64,000 bases of DNA from Camelus ferus (Eukaryota): contig NC_045696.1 in assembly GCF_009834535.1 (NCBI RefSeq), positions 18,912,001 through 18,976,000 on the forward strand. The letters run 5' to 3'. The translations under genes and the position numbers were made by a program. The notes below the pieces were generated by a model. That model worked only from the letters and a program-made list of their open reading frames with translations. It did not search any database and had not been told where the DNA came from. Positions 1 through 12,941 of this stretch are shown piece after piece. How positions within the stretch are numbered: the first letter of the stretch is position 1; every line of letters begins with the position of its first letter.

Positions 1-1230
1 TTCAAAAAACATTTTTTTTTACTCCTTTTCTCTATTCTCCTCCTGGAACTCCCTATAATGCAAATTTTATTCTGCTTGATGATGTCCTTGTCTTCCAGCT
101 TGCTGATTTGTGCCTCTATAGCATCCTTTCTACCTGTTTACCCCTCTAGACTATTTTTCAGTTCAGTTATAACTTCTGTTTGATACTTTCTTATATTTTC
201 TATCTCTTGATGTTCTTGTGGTGTGGACTGTGAATACCCCCCTAGCCCCAGCTTTAGTTCATAGCTTGAAAATGTAGAGGATCCCCCTGCTTGCCCTCCA
301 ATTCAGGAAGGAGAAAAATAACTTGACTGTGCATGCCTACAGACTCAGCAGTGTAGCATGAGAGTGCCTTGTCTGGCACAGGATTGGCGTTAGGGTAAGA
401 GTTGGAGAAAAACAGGACTGCTTATGCTCAGCAACCCCAACCAGGGGGTGGGGGTTGCTGTAGTGACCCACACTTGCAGATTTTCACTAGAGAACAAGAG
501 AAAGTTGAGCCCACTCACACCTGCCTTCTCCAGCATGAGCCTGGGGGCATGCTGCAACACTGGACCTCTGTGTCTTCAGCAGTGTGGGAGGGGCTTGCTG
601 CTATCACTCATCTACCTGTGCTGGCAGGTTAGGCAGGGAACACAACAAAAGTGTCTGCTATTGCCTCCTCTGGGAGCATTTCCATCTTTCCCTGTCCCTC
701 CTGCTGATTCTTTTAGATTTGCGAATGACACTCCTTCACATATAGTTTCAGCACTTCTCAAACCTTTATTTCACTGGGTCTCAGGGTGAGTGTTACCACG
801 TTTGAGCCTTTTAGAAGGGGCTTAAAGTTTATATGTGTTTTCTATAGCACTTTGGGACCCTTGGGCCTCAGCCCTATTGGTTTTCTAAAGCCAGGCATTT
901 TTGGGGCTTGTCTCTGCAGTATAGATCCCAGGAACTGGGGTACCTGCTGTAGGGCCCAGCCCTTTGGTCCTCTGGGAAGAGCACATCTGGTGAGATCCCG
1001 CCCAGTTGTGTGCTGTCTTACTGCAGGAGGGATGTTTAGTGAGAATATTTCTCTGCCTCTTCTACCCATGTTGATGTAGTGTTTTTTTATTATGTGTTGT
1101 AGAGCAAATGTCCAGCTAGTTCTCAGGTTCTTTTCACATGGAATTGATTCACATGTAGGTGTGTATTTATTGTGTCCATGGCAGGAGATAACTTCAGGCT
1201 CTTCATATGCCACCATCTTACCACTCTCTC
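1..1230 (-). mobile_element. L1 (LINE-1) 5' end: 5'UTR plus fragmentary ORF1, continuing off the window's left edge
   Basis: The reverse complement near 1220 reads AAGATGGTGGCATATGAAGAGCCTGAAGTTATCTCCTGCCATGGACAC, a CpG-decayed form of the L1 5' start AAGATGGCGG. Bases 1-220 resemble antisense ORF1. Confidence 0.75.
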
Positions 1231-1639
1231 ATTATATTATAAGTTTTTTCTGTGGAATCTTTTTCATTTTAGATTGGTTCTGAGTAGTAAACAAATAAAT
1301 ACTATGAATTTTCCATGTGCAAATGTTTTTCAAACTCACAAGGAACATAAACCAGTAAGAGGAATTACAATACAAGCCAGTGTATATTGTAATAAAAGTA
1401 CTGATAAGGGAATGTAAAGCTCCACCAGAGTTGATCATCTTGGTACAGGAAAATCACACAAGATTCCGTGTACAATGCTGAAAAGATGGGATGTTATTTC
1501 CACAGAAAGATAAAGCTAATTAAAATTCCAGGAAAAATAACAGAAGCAAGAAATGGCTGAATCATGCCACAGTTTACATGATGTGCAAGAAATGGCATGT
1601 CATATAAAAGTGTATCTAGGGCAAAATGTAGGAATGGAG

Positions 1640-1832
1640 AGACCAAATGGCGGGCATAAAGGCATTTGGTTTTGAAGGTCAGAAGACCACAGAGAAATTA
1701 TTGAAGGTCTGTGAATAAGTGAGTAAACCAGTCATATACTTAGTCTAAAAAGTTTTATCTGGTAGAGAGCTGAAAAGAGAGAGAGCCCGGAGGCAGAGAG
1801 ATCAGTTAAGAGGTCTGTTTAATAGCTCAGGG
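1640..1832 (-). mobile_element. L2 fragment interrupted by the LTR at 1833
   Basis: GGAGGCAGAGAGATCAGTTAAGAGG...CTCAGGG resembles antisense L2, and it resumes as GAGAGCTGA after the LTR. Confidence 0.55.
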
Positions 1833-2287
1833 TATAACAAGGCAGAACTCAAGAAGGAAGTGGGGCCTTCCCAGGACCGATCTCCCCCATATCCTCTGCT
1901 GTAGCTCCTCTCTGAAGTACCCAGATAATGGTATCTCATGCATATTTCTTGAGTTTTTCAGATGTTAAATACCACCACCAAATGGAAGAGATTAACTGCT
2001 TGATGATGATGCGCGCACAGCCCCCAGGCCATCTGGCGCCTAGGGGTTGATAGTGTTGACCTCTCTGTTACCTCCACATCAACCAATCAGAGAACTGTGC
2101 CCGAGCTGATCATGAACCCTGCGATCCCGTCCCTTAACTGCCCTTTAAATGTGCTTTGCTGGAACCCTTCAGGGAGTTTGGGCATGAGCCACCCCATTGT
2201 CCTTGCTCGACCCTGCAATAAGCCTCCCATGTTTTGGTCTGTTTGGCCTTAAGGTGCATCAGGCACACGAACCTGCGTTGGGTAACA
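1833..2287 (+). mobile_element. Solo ERV1-class LTR with 4-bp TSD
   Basis: Termini are TATAACA...GGTAACA, with AGGG at 1829-1832 and 2288-2291. Internal CCAATCAG, TTTAAA and AATAAG motifs fall in U3-R order. Confidence 0.85.
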
Positions 2288-2715
2288 AGGGGAGAGCTGA
2301 CATGTATTTCAACCACGTTTATACTTTAACTTGAAAAAAACTTTGCTTGTAGATGATTAGATTGAATCAAGAGGAGGCTTGAGGTAAAAAATTAGCCTCA
2401 AGTGTTCTTTTCACATGTAACCATTTATTCACTAACAAAACAAATGCTCTGAAAGCTCGTAGACTAAATTTAGAAGGCAGTTGCTCTGAGGTATTTCCTA
2501 TTTTAAAGTGGAGGTCAAACACAATGGCACATACACAGAATACAGCCTGCGGGCTTTTTTTTTTTTTTTTTTTTTGGCCCCATATTACAGAAATAAATAA
2601 ATAAATAAATTTGAATATTTTTGGAATAGAAATGATCTCTCTAGTTCATTAACTCATCAGCTCTCTATTGCTCTGTGTGTCCAACTCATTATATTTACTC
2701 AGTGAGTTTTATTCT

Positions 2716-3291
2716 TGTTAGGCAGTTAGATAGAAATGAGCACCAGGCAAGGGGAGAGGTGGGGGGAAGGAGCAACCCAGAAAATAACAGTACACCTGCA
2801 CTCAGGATAAGGGGCTCCAAAATACTTTCTCTAAATGAGGGCCAGCAAAGAGGCCAGCTAGTATCGAACACTGCAGCTGCACAGTAGAGAGAAGGACCCG
2901 GCTTAACCTGACCCAATGCTCATTATAATGTAATTAACATAGCAGTTTGAGCTATGTTACCTCCTGTAGGTTTCTCTGTGTGCACCCTGGGTAAGAACCT
3001 GCACAGAAGGGATGGGCATGCCTGAGCACAAGGAACTGAGCCATAAATAAATCAATCACAAAAGTGCCCCTAAGCCAGGATATAAAAACAGGAAAACAAA
3101 GGAGCTGCACCATTTTTCCTCTCCTGGACTCACCTGCTCCCAGTTCTCAGGAGTACACTATATTTTACTACCTTTTTACTTTACTAATAAAATCTTGTTT
3201 ACATCACACTTTCTGTCCCTCGTTAAAAATTCCTTTTTTTCTTGGGTGACTAAGAACTGAGGTAATTCTTACTTCCCTCCTCCCAGAAACA
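2716..3291 (+). mobile_element. Solo ERV1-class LTR with 4-bp TSD
   Basis: Termini are TGTT...AACA, with TTCT at 2712-2715 and 3292-3295. TATAAAA lies near 3081 and AATAAA near 3186. Confidence 0.85.
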
Positions 3292-3479
3292 TTCTGACTC
3301 CTCTAATTAAAAGTGCATGCATTCCCAACTCTGTACTTTCAACCCCACACACCACAGTATGCATTTTAAATTATTTTATTATTTTTAAATTTTATTTTTA
3401 AATAATTACTATCTCAGAAGAAATTGCAGAAAACAGTATACAGAATTCCAGCTATATCTTGCTCAATTTTAGTTCAGTT

Positions 3480-3800
3480 TTTCTTAGCACTTACACAGTA
3501 GGTAGTATGATGTAGTTATTTAATATTTTACTGCCTGTATTCTCTTTCTCTAATACGTCCACCTACAAAAACTCCACAATGGGAAGAATCTTTGTTTTAT
3601 TCACCTGTGTATAATGTTGGAAAGTTTTCCAGCCATAGAGGAAATTCAGTATATAGTCACTGAATGTGGTTAATAGAATAATAATAGCTAATGCTGATGG
3701 GATGATAATGATTTTTCATATAGAATTCAATAGCATATGTATATTGACTCACACCATAATCAAACTTTGTGAGGACAATACTAACAATATCCTCACACTC
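3480..3800. mobile_element. Degraded L2 3' end (+) followed by a MIR fragment (-)
   Basis: AAACTCCACAATGGGAAGAATCTTTGTTTTATTCACC is L2-like. ATAATAATAGCTAAT...TGTGAGGACAATACT is MIR-like. Confidence 0.45.
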
Positions 3801-4249
3801 ATTTTGGCATCTGAGCTCAAAGTCAACTGAATTTCATATCTCTGATCAAAATGCTCATCATATTTGCTGTTTTAAATTTGGTATGAAATATTGAAAAGGC
3901 TAAGAGCTCCTTCCAGGCAATGTAAGGCATTCAGGTTTTGCTGGGCTTGATAACCTCTGTACATGTACAGTTACATACCATGTGTGATGGTAGATGGTGG
4001 ATGTGCATTTTTTCCCTCATATTATTTTGGCTTGCATTAATATGTTCACTGCTAAGTCATGTCAACTACTGACGGTACATGCTACATACTGATAGGTAGT
4101 AACAGGAATGACCTGTTTCCCTGTTTCTTGGAAATGTATTATATACTTTACAAACAGGAAAAGACCAACTATAATACAGCATATAATCTTTTTAAAGTAA
4201 CGTGTTATAGAATTAAGAGAATTAAATAGACACACTTACATGCATTCTT

Positions 4250-5090
4250 GATTTTCAGTTGCTATGTGGATATTTTGCTGCCCTTAAAATTCAATTTAAA
4301 GAGTATACAAAGATACAATTGGATTATGGAGTACTATTTCTGCTTGAAGGAATTTTGGTTGTATATTCGTTCGCTGAGAAACTATGTCAGCTCATGTGCT
4401 CTATGTAGACTGTATTTTGGCTGCTTGTTCATTAGAATATCAAAGCTGAAAATACTATTTTCAATTTGCAGAAGTCTTTACGACACCCTTTAAGATCTTT
4501 CCAGCCTACTGGTACTGAAAATTATCCTGGAGAAATTTAAGCCCACTCTGATAGTTTCTTTTATGACTTGGGTGAACATTTGATTTATTATCCAAATCAG
4601 GAAAACTTGGATTTAAAAGGGATATTATTTATGTATTTACTCTGGACAACATTTATGAACCTAGATCTGCCCTATATAATTTTCACATATGATTATTGTA
4701 CTCATGAGTTATTTAAACATTTTTAACATAGAAAGAGGTGCCAATGATTTATTCTCTTTATTTTCAGTATCTCATGAAAGGTGATACAATTTTATTTCTG
4801 TTTTTACAACTAAGAGCCAATAATTCTTGACATAAGATGTTCTCTTTCAGTTAATAAAGCCAGACCTGCATATATTATTTTCATCTTCGTTATTCCGTCT
4901 CTTCTTCTCTGTGTTCTTTCATGTCTACTCTATGATCTTCATTAAAGTGACTTCATCGTTAAAAACTCATTCTATAATATTTAGTCACAAGTTTCCTTTG
5001 CTTTAGGACAGCATTTTTCTGGCGAATATTTTTCTGCATCAGTAAGTTCTCTTTTTCTTAGCCTCTTTTCTCGTTATAGTGTATATGTTT
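4250..5090 (-). mobile_element. Very old L1 ORF1-region fragment
   Basis: T-rich degenerate similarity to antisense L1 ORF1 (TTAGAATATCAAAGCTGAAAATACTATTTTC...CTTTCCAGCCT). Confidence 0.4.
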
Positions 5091-5126
5091 CTCAGGTGGT
5101 TTAACTTTTTAAAAATTATTCTATGG

Positions 5127-5790
5127 TAAATCCTTAAAAACATAAACACATAATTACTGTATAATTCAGCATTTCCATTTTTGGGTTTATAGTCAAAAGA
5201 AAGCAGGGATTCAAGAGATATTTGTACATCAATGTTTTAAATCCTTGAAAGCTTAAACACATAATTACCATATAATTCAGCATTTCCCCTTCTGGGTATA
5301 AACTCAATGAAATTGAAAGCAGAGATTTGAGGGATATTTATACATCAGTGTTCAGAACAGCATTATTCACAATAGCCCAAAGATGGAAATAATACAAGTG
5401 TCTACTAAAAGATGAATGGATAAATGCATATGGTAATTACATGCAATGGAGTAGTATTCTGCTTTAAAAAGGAAGAATTTTGATGCATGCTACAGCGTGG
5501 ATGAATCTTGAAGATATTATGGTAAGGTAAATAAGCCAGACACGTATTACAGGATTCCACTTATATGAGAGAAAGAAATTATAATGGTGGTTTCAAGGGC
5601 CTGAGGGTAGGAGAATGGCATGTTATTATTTAGTGGGTATAGAATTTCGGTTTGGGAATAGAAAAGGTTCTGGATATAAATGGTGGTGACTGTTGCACAC
5701 CAGCGTGAATATACTTAATGCCACAGGACTGTACGTTTCAAATTGTTGAAGTGGTAAATCTTTGTTACGTACATCTTACAACTGTTAAAA
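5127..5790 (+). mobile_element. L1 3' end (L1MB-like) with a duplicated 5' segment
   Basis: Contains CAGCATTATTCACAATAGCCCAAAGATGGAAA, GATGAATGGATAAA and ATACTTAATGCCACAGGACTGTAC. Confidence 0.85.
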
Positions 5791-5884
5791 ATACTTTATC
5801 ATTAAATCATCTGAATTTCCTAGACAAAGCATTTGTTCAATGAAAAAGTGATGAGAGGTCCAAATAGTTTCCTAGCTAATCAAT

Positions 5885-8460
5885 TCATTTTTGTTTTAGA
5901 GCAGTTTTAGATTTACAGAACAGTTGCAGGGAAGGTTCAGGCCCAGTTCCCCTTATTATTAACATTTTATAGTAATACGTCCATTACAGTACATGAACCC
6001 ATATTGACACATTATTGTTAAAGTCCATGCTTTACTTGGTTTTCCTCATCTTTTACCTAATGTGTTTTTCTTTCTAGGATCCCATCCAGAATACCACATT
6101 ACCTTTAGTCATCCTATCTCATAGAGATCCTCAAATTGTGGCAGTTTCTCCTACTTTCCTTGTTTTATATGGCCTTGGCGGTTTTGAGGAATACTAGCGA
6201 GATATTCTGTTTAATATCCCTCAATTAGGGTTCATCGGATACTTTTCTTATTCTTAGTCTGGGATTAGGAGTTCTTGGGTGGAAGACCACGTAGGTAAAA
6301 GCCATTCTTACCACACCGTATCACTATCTCAGTATGAAATCATTGATGATGTTAACCTTGATCACTTGGCTGATGTGGTGTTTGTCTGATTTCTCCACTG
6401 TAAAGTTACCTCCTTCCCTCTACTGTGCTTTTTGAAAGAAATCAGGCCACACTTCATGGGTTGGGAATTATAATTGACATTCTTAAAGATGGTGTGTATA
6501 AATACATTTTTTGAAGTTTTTCTGCATGGGAGATTTGTCTATTGTCTCTCATTTACTTATGCATTCAATTATTTCTTTATAGCAGTATAGACTCATGCAG
6601 TTTGGTTATAACCAATACTTCATCATTTACTTTGTCTCAAAATATTTAAGCTTAGCCTGAGAGCTCTTTCTGTTGTCTCTTGTGTCTTTTTGACCCTTAT
6701 TGTGTTTTCTTTTGAGCACTTCCTTACTTTCTCCACTGTAAGAGGCTCCAGCTCATCTTGTCTTTTCCTTGAAGGAGCCCTTGAAACAACCGTTTCCTAA
6801 AGAATTCTGGTTCCTTTTATTGGAGGAAGGTATTAGAAACCAAGATCTGAGCACTGAGTGTGCTTGTTGCTACAGGATGTTATTACTTCTAGATTCTTAA
6901 CAGTGAACAGAGCCAGCAAATGCTTGTATGTTTGTGAACTAGTGTATATATGCAAACTGTATTACTAGTGTAGATATATTTCTGTGTTAATATCAAGCTA
7001 AACATGAGTTCATATTTATGAATCCAACATGAATCTGTACCACATTGTTCTAGCTAATTCCCTTGCTTGTCATTAAACTCGCGCTCCAGTAGTGAGAAAC
7101 CCGTCTCCCACCATTCACCACCCATTTAGTTACTTGTCCAAGTATAGGATATTCATATAACGATTTCAGAATTTCTTACCCATACCCTTGTGGGAAACAG
7201 TATTATCAGACAGCGTATAGTTCTTTTCTGCTATTTCTTTTGCCTTGATTCATTCAAACTCTACTCATTTCCGTGTAACTTATGTCATTAAATAATATAG
7301 TTAGATTTTTTGTCACTATCTATATTCCATTCTTGGAAGCCCTCAAGCTCCTAAATTATTTTTATTGAATTACATATTCACATTCACACTTTGTGCTGTA
7401 AAGTTCTATGAGCTTTGACAAAGCCTTAGTGTGTCCACCATTTCAGAATAATACGGAATAGTTTCATTGCCCTAAGTAATCCCCTCTGCTTCACTACTCA
7501 AGCCCCTTTTCCAAACTGATGGCAACCATTGATCTGTTTACTGTCTTTGTACCACTTTGCTTTTTATACTGCCCTTATCTTTATTTACCATTATGGTAGT
7601 CTATATGTCTTATGTATTGAAAGTAAAATATCTATTTTTTTTCCAGCTCTTAAAAAAATAAAATATGTATTTCCTCCAAATTTTAAAATAAATATTTCAT
7701 TTTGCATTCATTATTTCTTTAACTCATTAAGGTTTGTGGATGTTTTTACCTGGCTTGAGACCTCATTCTTTGTTTTATTGCTGACTAGTATCCCATTGTA
7801 AGGATGTACCACAGTATATTTTTCCATTTACCTCCCGAGGACATCTTGGTTGTTTTCAGTTTTGGGCAGCTATGAATAAAGCTACCATAAATATACTTGT
7901 TAACGTTTTTTGTGAACATAGTTTTCAAATCAGCTGAGTAAAACTTAAGAAGTGCAATGGATGGATTATATAGTAAGATTATGTTTATCTTTGCAAGAAA
8001 CAAACTATCTTCCAGGATATCTGTACAATTCTGCACTCTCACTGGCATTAGATAATAGTTCATGTTGCTCTATATCCTTACCCACAACTGATCTTGTCAG
8101 ATGTTTTTTTTTATTCTAGTTATTCTAATAGGTGTTTATTGGTATCTCATTGTTGTTTTAATTGACATTTCCCTAGTGCAAGCCTATGTTGAGCATCATT
8201 CATATGCTTATTTGATGTTTGTTCATCTTTTTTGGTTAGATGTCTCTTCTTATCTTTTGTCTTCTTTTTAATTGGGTGGTTTCTTATTTTGTGTTTTAAT
8301 AGTTCCCTGGATATTTTGAATACATGTCTTTTTGTTATATGTGACTTGAAAATATTTTCTCCCACTCTATTCCTTTCTACTTCATTCACTTAACAATGCC
8401 ATTTGCAGAACATATTTTTTTTCATTTTAACAATATTCCACTTAGTTTGTCTTATGCAAA
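5885..8460 (-). mobile_element. L1 3' region (L1MC/L1MD-like): long 3'UTR plus ORF2 C-terminus
   Basis: Begins TTTTAGAGCAGTTTTAGATTTACAGAA. The minus ORFs at 7785-8063 and 8147-8389 are decayed ORF2 C-terminal peptides. Confidence 0.85.
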
Positions 8461-8989
8461 TTATACCTTAATATACATGCCTCAAAAATGAAGGCAAAAA
8501 CCTAAATTATTTCGAATTATTAAAATAAAAATATGTTCATTCCAGATTTTAAATTATTGTATCTGTTCACGTTCACTATTCCTTTATCTCATTAATATCC
8601 TTTCAATCGTTTGTTTCTTTATTTGTTCTTTCAGCAGTATTGCCAAGTACCCAAATTTGTTTTATTTACTGTTTTTAAATTCCACTCCCAGTGCCTGTAA
8701 TTTCATGAATATGCAATTAGTTCAAACTATTTTTGTCTCATCTTCTTACTATTATTCAAGTACATACCACAGCTATGTTGTTGACCCTTCCAACAAATTG
8801 CTTTGCAGCTAATGACATTCTTTCCTATTTAAGTTGGTCTGGTATAAAGTTTTAAAATAGGAATATTTAAAAGGAATTGTGTTGACAGCATTCTAATCCT
8901 GTGGTGATATTTTTAAATTCATTTTTGCTCTGATAATTTGCACAGCCCATTTGTTAAGTTTAGAAAGAATATGAGATATAAAGCAAAGT

Positions 8990-9450
8990 GAATACGCCAA
9001 AGTTGGTCCTCAGCCCACCACCTGTGAATGCATTACCTTACTTGGTAAAGAGGATTCTGTGGATGTGATTATATTAAGGATCTTGAGATTGGGAGGTAAT
9101 TCTGAATCATCCCAGGGAGCCCAATATAATTACATGGGCCCTTATGAAAGGTAGGCACAAATATGAGAGTCAGAAAGAGGAGAGGTGATACTCTTTGAAG
9201 ATGAAGAAGAGGGCCACAAAACATGGAATGCAAGAAGCCTCTAGAAATTGAAAAAGACAAAAAAAAAAAAAAAAAAAAGGATTTTCCTTCAGAGCATCTA
9301 GAAGAGATGCAATTCTCAGACACATTGATTCTGGCCCATAAGACTCATTTCAGACTTCTGACCTTGAGAGCTATAAATCACACATTTGTATTGTTTTAAG
9401 TCTTTAAGTTTGTAGTAATTTGTTACAGCAGCAAATAGGAATCTAATACA
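8990..9450 (+). mobile_element. MaLR LTR (MLT1D-like)
   Basis: Contains ACCTGTGAATGCATTACCTTAC and TTAAGGATCTTGAGAT, and has the terminal GTAATTTGTTACAGCAGCAAATAGGAATCTAATACA. Confidence 0.85.
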
Positions 9451-9711
9451 ATTGGTATTACTTAACTTTACAGGTTTTTGAATCTATTATGTATGAAATT
9501 AGCTCTGATTTTTTTCAATACAAAAATATGGGTTAGGAGAGAATGAATATGAATTAAAATATTATTCCTTGTGATGAAATATAAAATAATATTTGAATTC
9601 TTCTGGTAACTCATTGACGTCTAATTTCTCAATGTTTAATAAAAATATACCGTAAAATTAGTAAACTCCTTGATGAACCTGGAAGAGGAGCTTTATAATG
9701 TCTACTTTCTT

Positions 9712-10536
9712 GAGTGGAACAGAATAGAGTCCAGAAATAAGCCCACCCATATATGGTCAATTAATTTAGGATAAAAGAGCCAAGAATATACAATGAAGAA
9801 AAGCCAATCTCTTCAATAATACTATTGGAAAAACTGGGCAGGCACATGCAAAATAATGAAACTGGATGATTAACCTACACCATATAAAAAAAACAACTTA
9901 AAATGGATTAAAAACTTGAATATAGACTGCTAAACCATAAACCTCCTAGAAAAAAACATTGGTGGTAAGCTCCTTAACGTTGATGATGGTGATGAGTTTT
10001 TGGATATGACACCAAAAGCAAAAGCAACAAGAACCAAAATTGAACAGGTAGGACTACATCAAACTAAAATGCATCAAAGGAGAACATCAACAAAATGAAA
10101 AGCCAGCCTATGGAATGGGAGAAGACATTTGCAAATTGTATATCGAATAAGGGGGTTAGTATTCAAAATATATTAAGAATTTATGAACTCAATAGCAAAA
10201 AAAAAAAAAAAAACAAACCCAAAAAACAAAAACCAAACAATCCAATTAAAAAATGGGCAGAAGATCTAAAAAGACATTTTTCTAAAGAAGATATGCAGAT
10301 GGCCAACAAGTATATGAAAAGTTATTCAGCATCACTACTCATCAGGAACACACAAATCAAAACCACAGTGAGTAGTCACCTCACATTTGTTAAGTGGTTG
10401 TTATCAAAAGGAAAGTGAAAACAGGTGCTGGCCAGGATGTGGGAGAGAGGGAACCCGTGTGCACTATTGCTAGAAATGTAAATTGGTGCAGCTACTTTGA
10501 AAAACAGTATGGAGGTTCCACAAAAAAGTTAAAATA
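9712..10536 (+). mobile_element. L1 ORF2 C-terminal fragment
   Basis: ORF 10095-10418 ([14 protein letters not shown]...[25 protein letters not shown]) is the L1 ORF2p C-terminal region. Confidence 0.92.
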
Positions 10537-11679
10537 TCCTTTTTATAGTCTTTCTTCGAGTAATAAATAAAGAAAAATATTTGTGTTCTATTTTCACTAT
10601 TTTCCATCTAAACTCCACATCCACAAAGCAGTATAACAGTTGGAGTAGCACCTCCCTAAAAATCACAAGATAATTTATGGGAATAATACAATTCAAATCA
10701 ACTTTGGAAAGTATAGAAAGTGGTTACTAAAAGAACATCATGTGCAAAGGAAGAGTTCTATCAAAAGTTACCAAGTAGAACAATTTACATCTTAAAGTAC
10801 TTGGATTTCTGGCACTTTATTTTCTCATGCATTTCACAGAAACATTATGTAGTATATTATTCATAGTTGTATCTAAAATACTAAGTCATGTAGCTAAGTT
10901 TTAAAAATACAATAATTACAAACATTAAAATAAATAATTTTTAGATTATTGTCCAATATTGGGCATAAGAATGAAAATTAGATCATTTATTTAGCTCTGA
11001 ACTAAAAAATTAAGGATCAAGAGAATCAGGCAATTAGTCAAAAATCCCAAATAGGTAATAATATATACACAAACTAGTATATACTAAACTATATCAATTT
11101 ATGCTAATAATTAATACTATAATAAGCTAAAACTCTTAATACAGTATAAATACAACATTAACATTATAATACAAAATTTTTAGGGGTGCACTCTAGTAAT
11201 TTTGGTAATCTATCTTCAATATACCTTGAGTTCACTTTAGACTCCAGACATATCTGGGAGATGATGGATCCTCTGGTCTCTTTTCATGGAGGAGTCACAG
11301 ATTTTCTTGAAAGAGGAAAATAGAGAAAGGGAATTCTGAGAAGAGCGTCCCGGCTGTCTCTCATGTTTGTTATTAGCTTAAACTCCTTTATTATGCCTAA
11401 ATTTTAAGTCTAAATGCTGCAAATAAAAGTCAGACCAAAGGAGATGTCCCACTAATGGCATATGGTAAAAGTTATTGGATGAAGAGAGTGTTAAGTTTGA
11501 ATGTACTGAGACTTATACAATTGGAAAGAAGGGTGGCCTGAAGGAGAGCACAGCTGAAGTGAAGTGTCAGCAGAGGCAACGGTGGCTTCATCAATTATCA
11601 AGATATATGTACGTACAGTGGTGGAGAGACTTGGCAAGAGCAGCAGCTGGGAAAGCAGCACAGGCTGAGGCCAACATCA

Positions 11680-11880
11680 GTTGGACCCATATCCTGGGTC
11701 TGCCACTTGTTATCGGTATGATCTTGGATAAGCCCCAATTTCTTCCTCTATACATTGATGTAAATTGATGACAGAATCTGGATCCAAGGGCCGCTGTTAG
11801 GAGATCCTGGCAAAGTTTTGAACACAGTGAAGGATACACAGTAAGTAAAGTAAGTTCTCTGCAAATGTTAGCCATTAATT
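11680..11880 (+). mobile_element. MIR SINE
   Basis: ATCCTGGGTCTGCCACTT...TGATCTTGGATAAG core-like sequence and an AAATGTTAGCCATT tail. Confidence 0.65.
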
Positions 11881-12941
11881 TTTCTCCATTCCCAGCAGTG
11901 CCCTTGGAGAAGATAGCATCATTGTGATAGTAACTAGTTTTCTCAGCATCAGTGCTTCATCAAATGAGGAGCACCTCACCAAATCCTGGCAGCTTTGTGC
12001 TTTCAGTAAGGTGCCTTCACAAGGTCCTGAGTTGCAGATACCAGTGCAGCAACAGAGATCACACTAAGACCAGAGAAAGAAACAAGTAAAAGTAAAAGGA
12101 GCAGGAAACACCCAAGTTTCTCCAATTCAACCGTAATTATCACTTTAAAAGTTGAATCCAATGGTCTATTGTATTTGCTACTACTACTTAATCATTTTAT
12201 ACTATTTGAAATTTGGAAGTTTTACATTTCTATAAATCAGAGTTTTTATTCCTTTGTGGTTACTTTTATTCTGAATTCTAAAGTTTCTAAGTTTGATTTT
12301 TAAATATTTCTGATTTTCTTTCTGAGTTAATTTTTTGGGTCCAACAGTAATACTTGCTTGTTTCTGATGACACACTGCACATCTAAATCAATCATTTCCA
12401 ATAAATTTTTCCTTCTTTATAACACTGATAGTAAGGATATATGCTGGCCATCGAATACTAACTCATTAAATGAATGACAGCAACATTTTGGAATAGAGTA
12501 TATATATTTAGTTTGATATAGTTGTTTATATGTTTTTCATGGACCCACCATCACACACACACACATGTATACTCATCATCAATGATTTAAAGTATCATTT
12601 CCATAACAGATATTCAAATATATCCTATTTTTATCATTATAGTTTTAAATAAATGTTTTTTCATTTTATATGGCTTTATAGATCCTTAAAGGAAATATAA
12701 GAATGTTTTCCAGGTGTCTATATTTTATCTTCCTGGATGGCTGCATGCTATTATTTTAGAAAATAGAGTGATTTATATCTGAATATTTTATAATCTTCAA
12801 AGTCACTACCTCTAATCATATTTAAATATATAAATAACACATATTTTAATGTTTTCCCTCAGAATTAGCATCTATAATCACATTTTACAAATTAACATAT
12901 GGCTATGAAAAATGGTACTTTTATTTTTAAGTGCAATATTG

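Noticed and set aside
1833..3291. The two LTRs as the ends of one provirus
   Set aside because: The sequences are dissimilar, each has its own TSD, and there is no primer-binding site or internal sequence between them.
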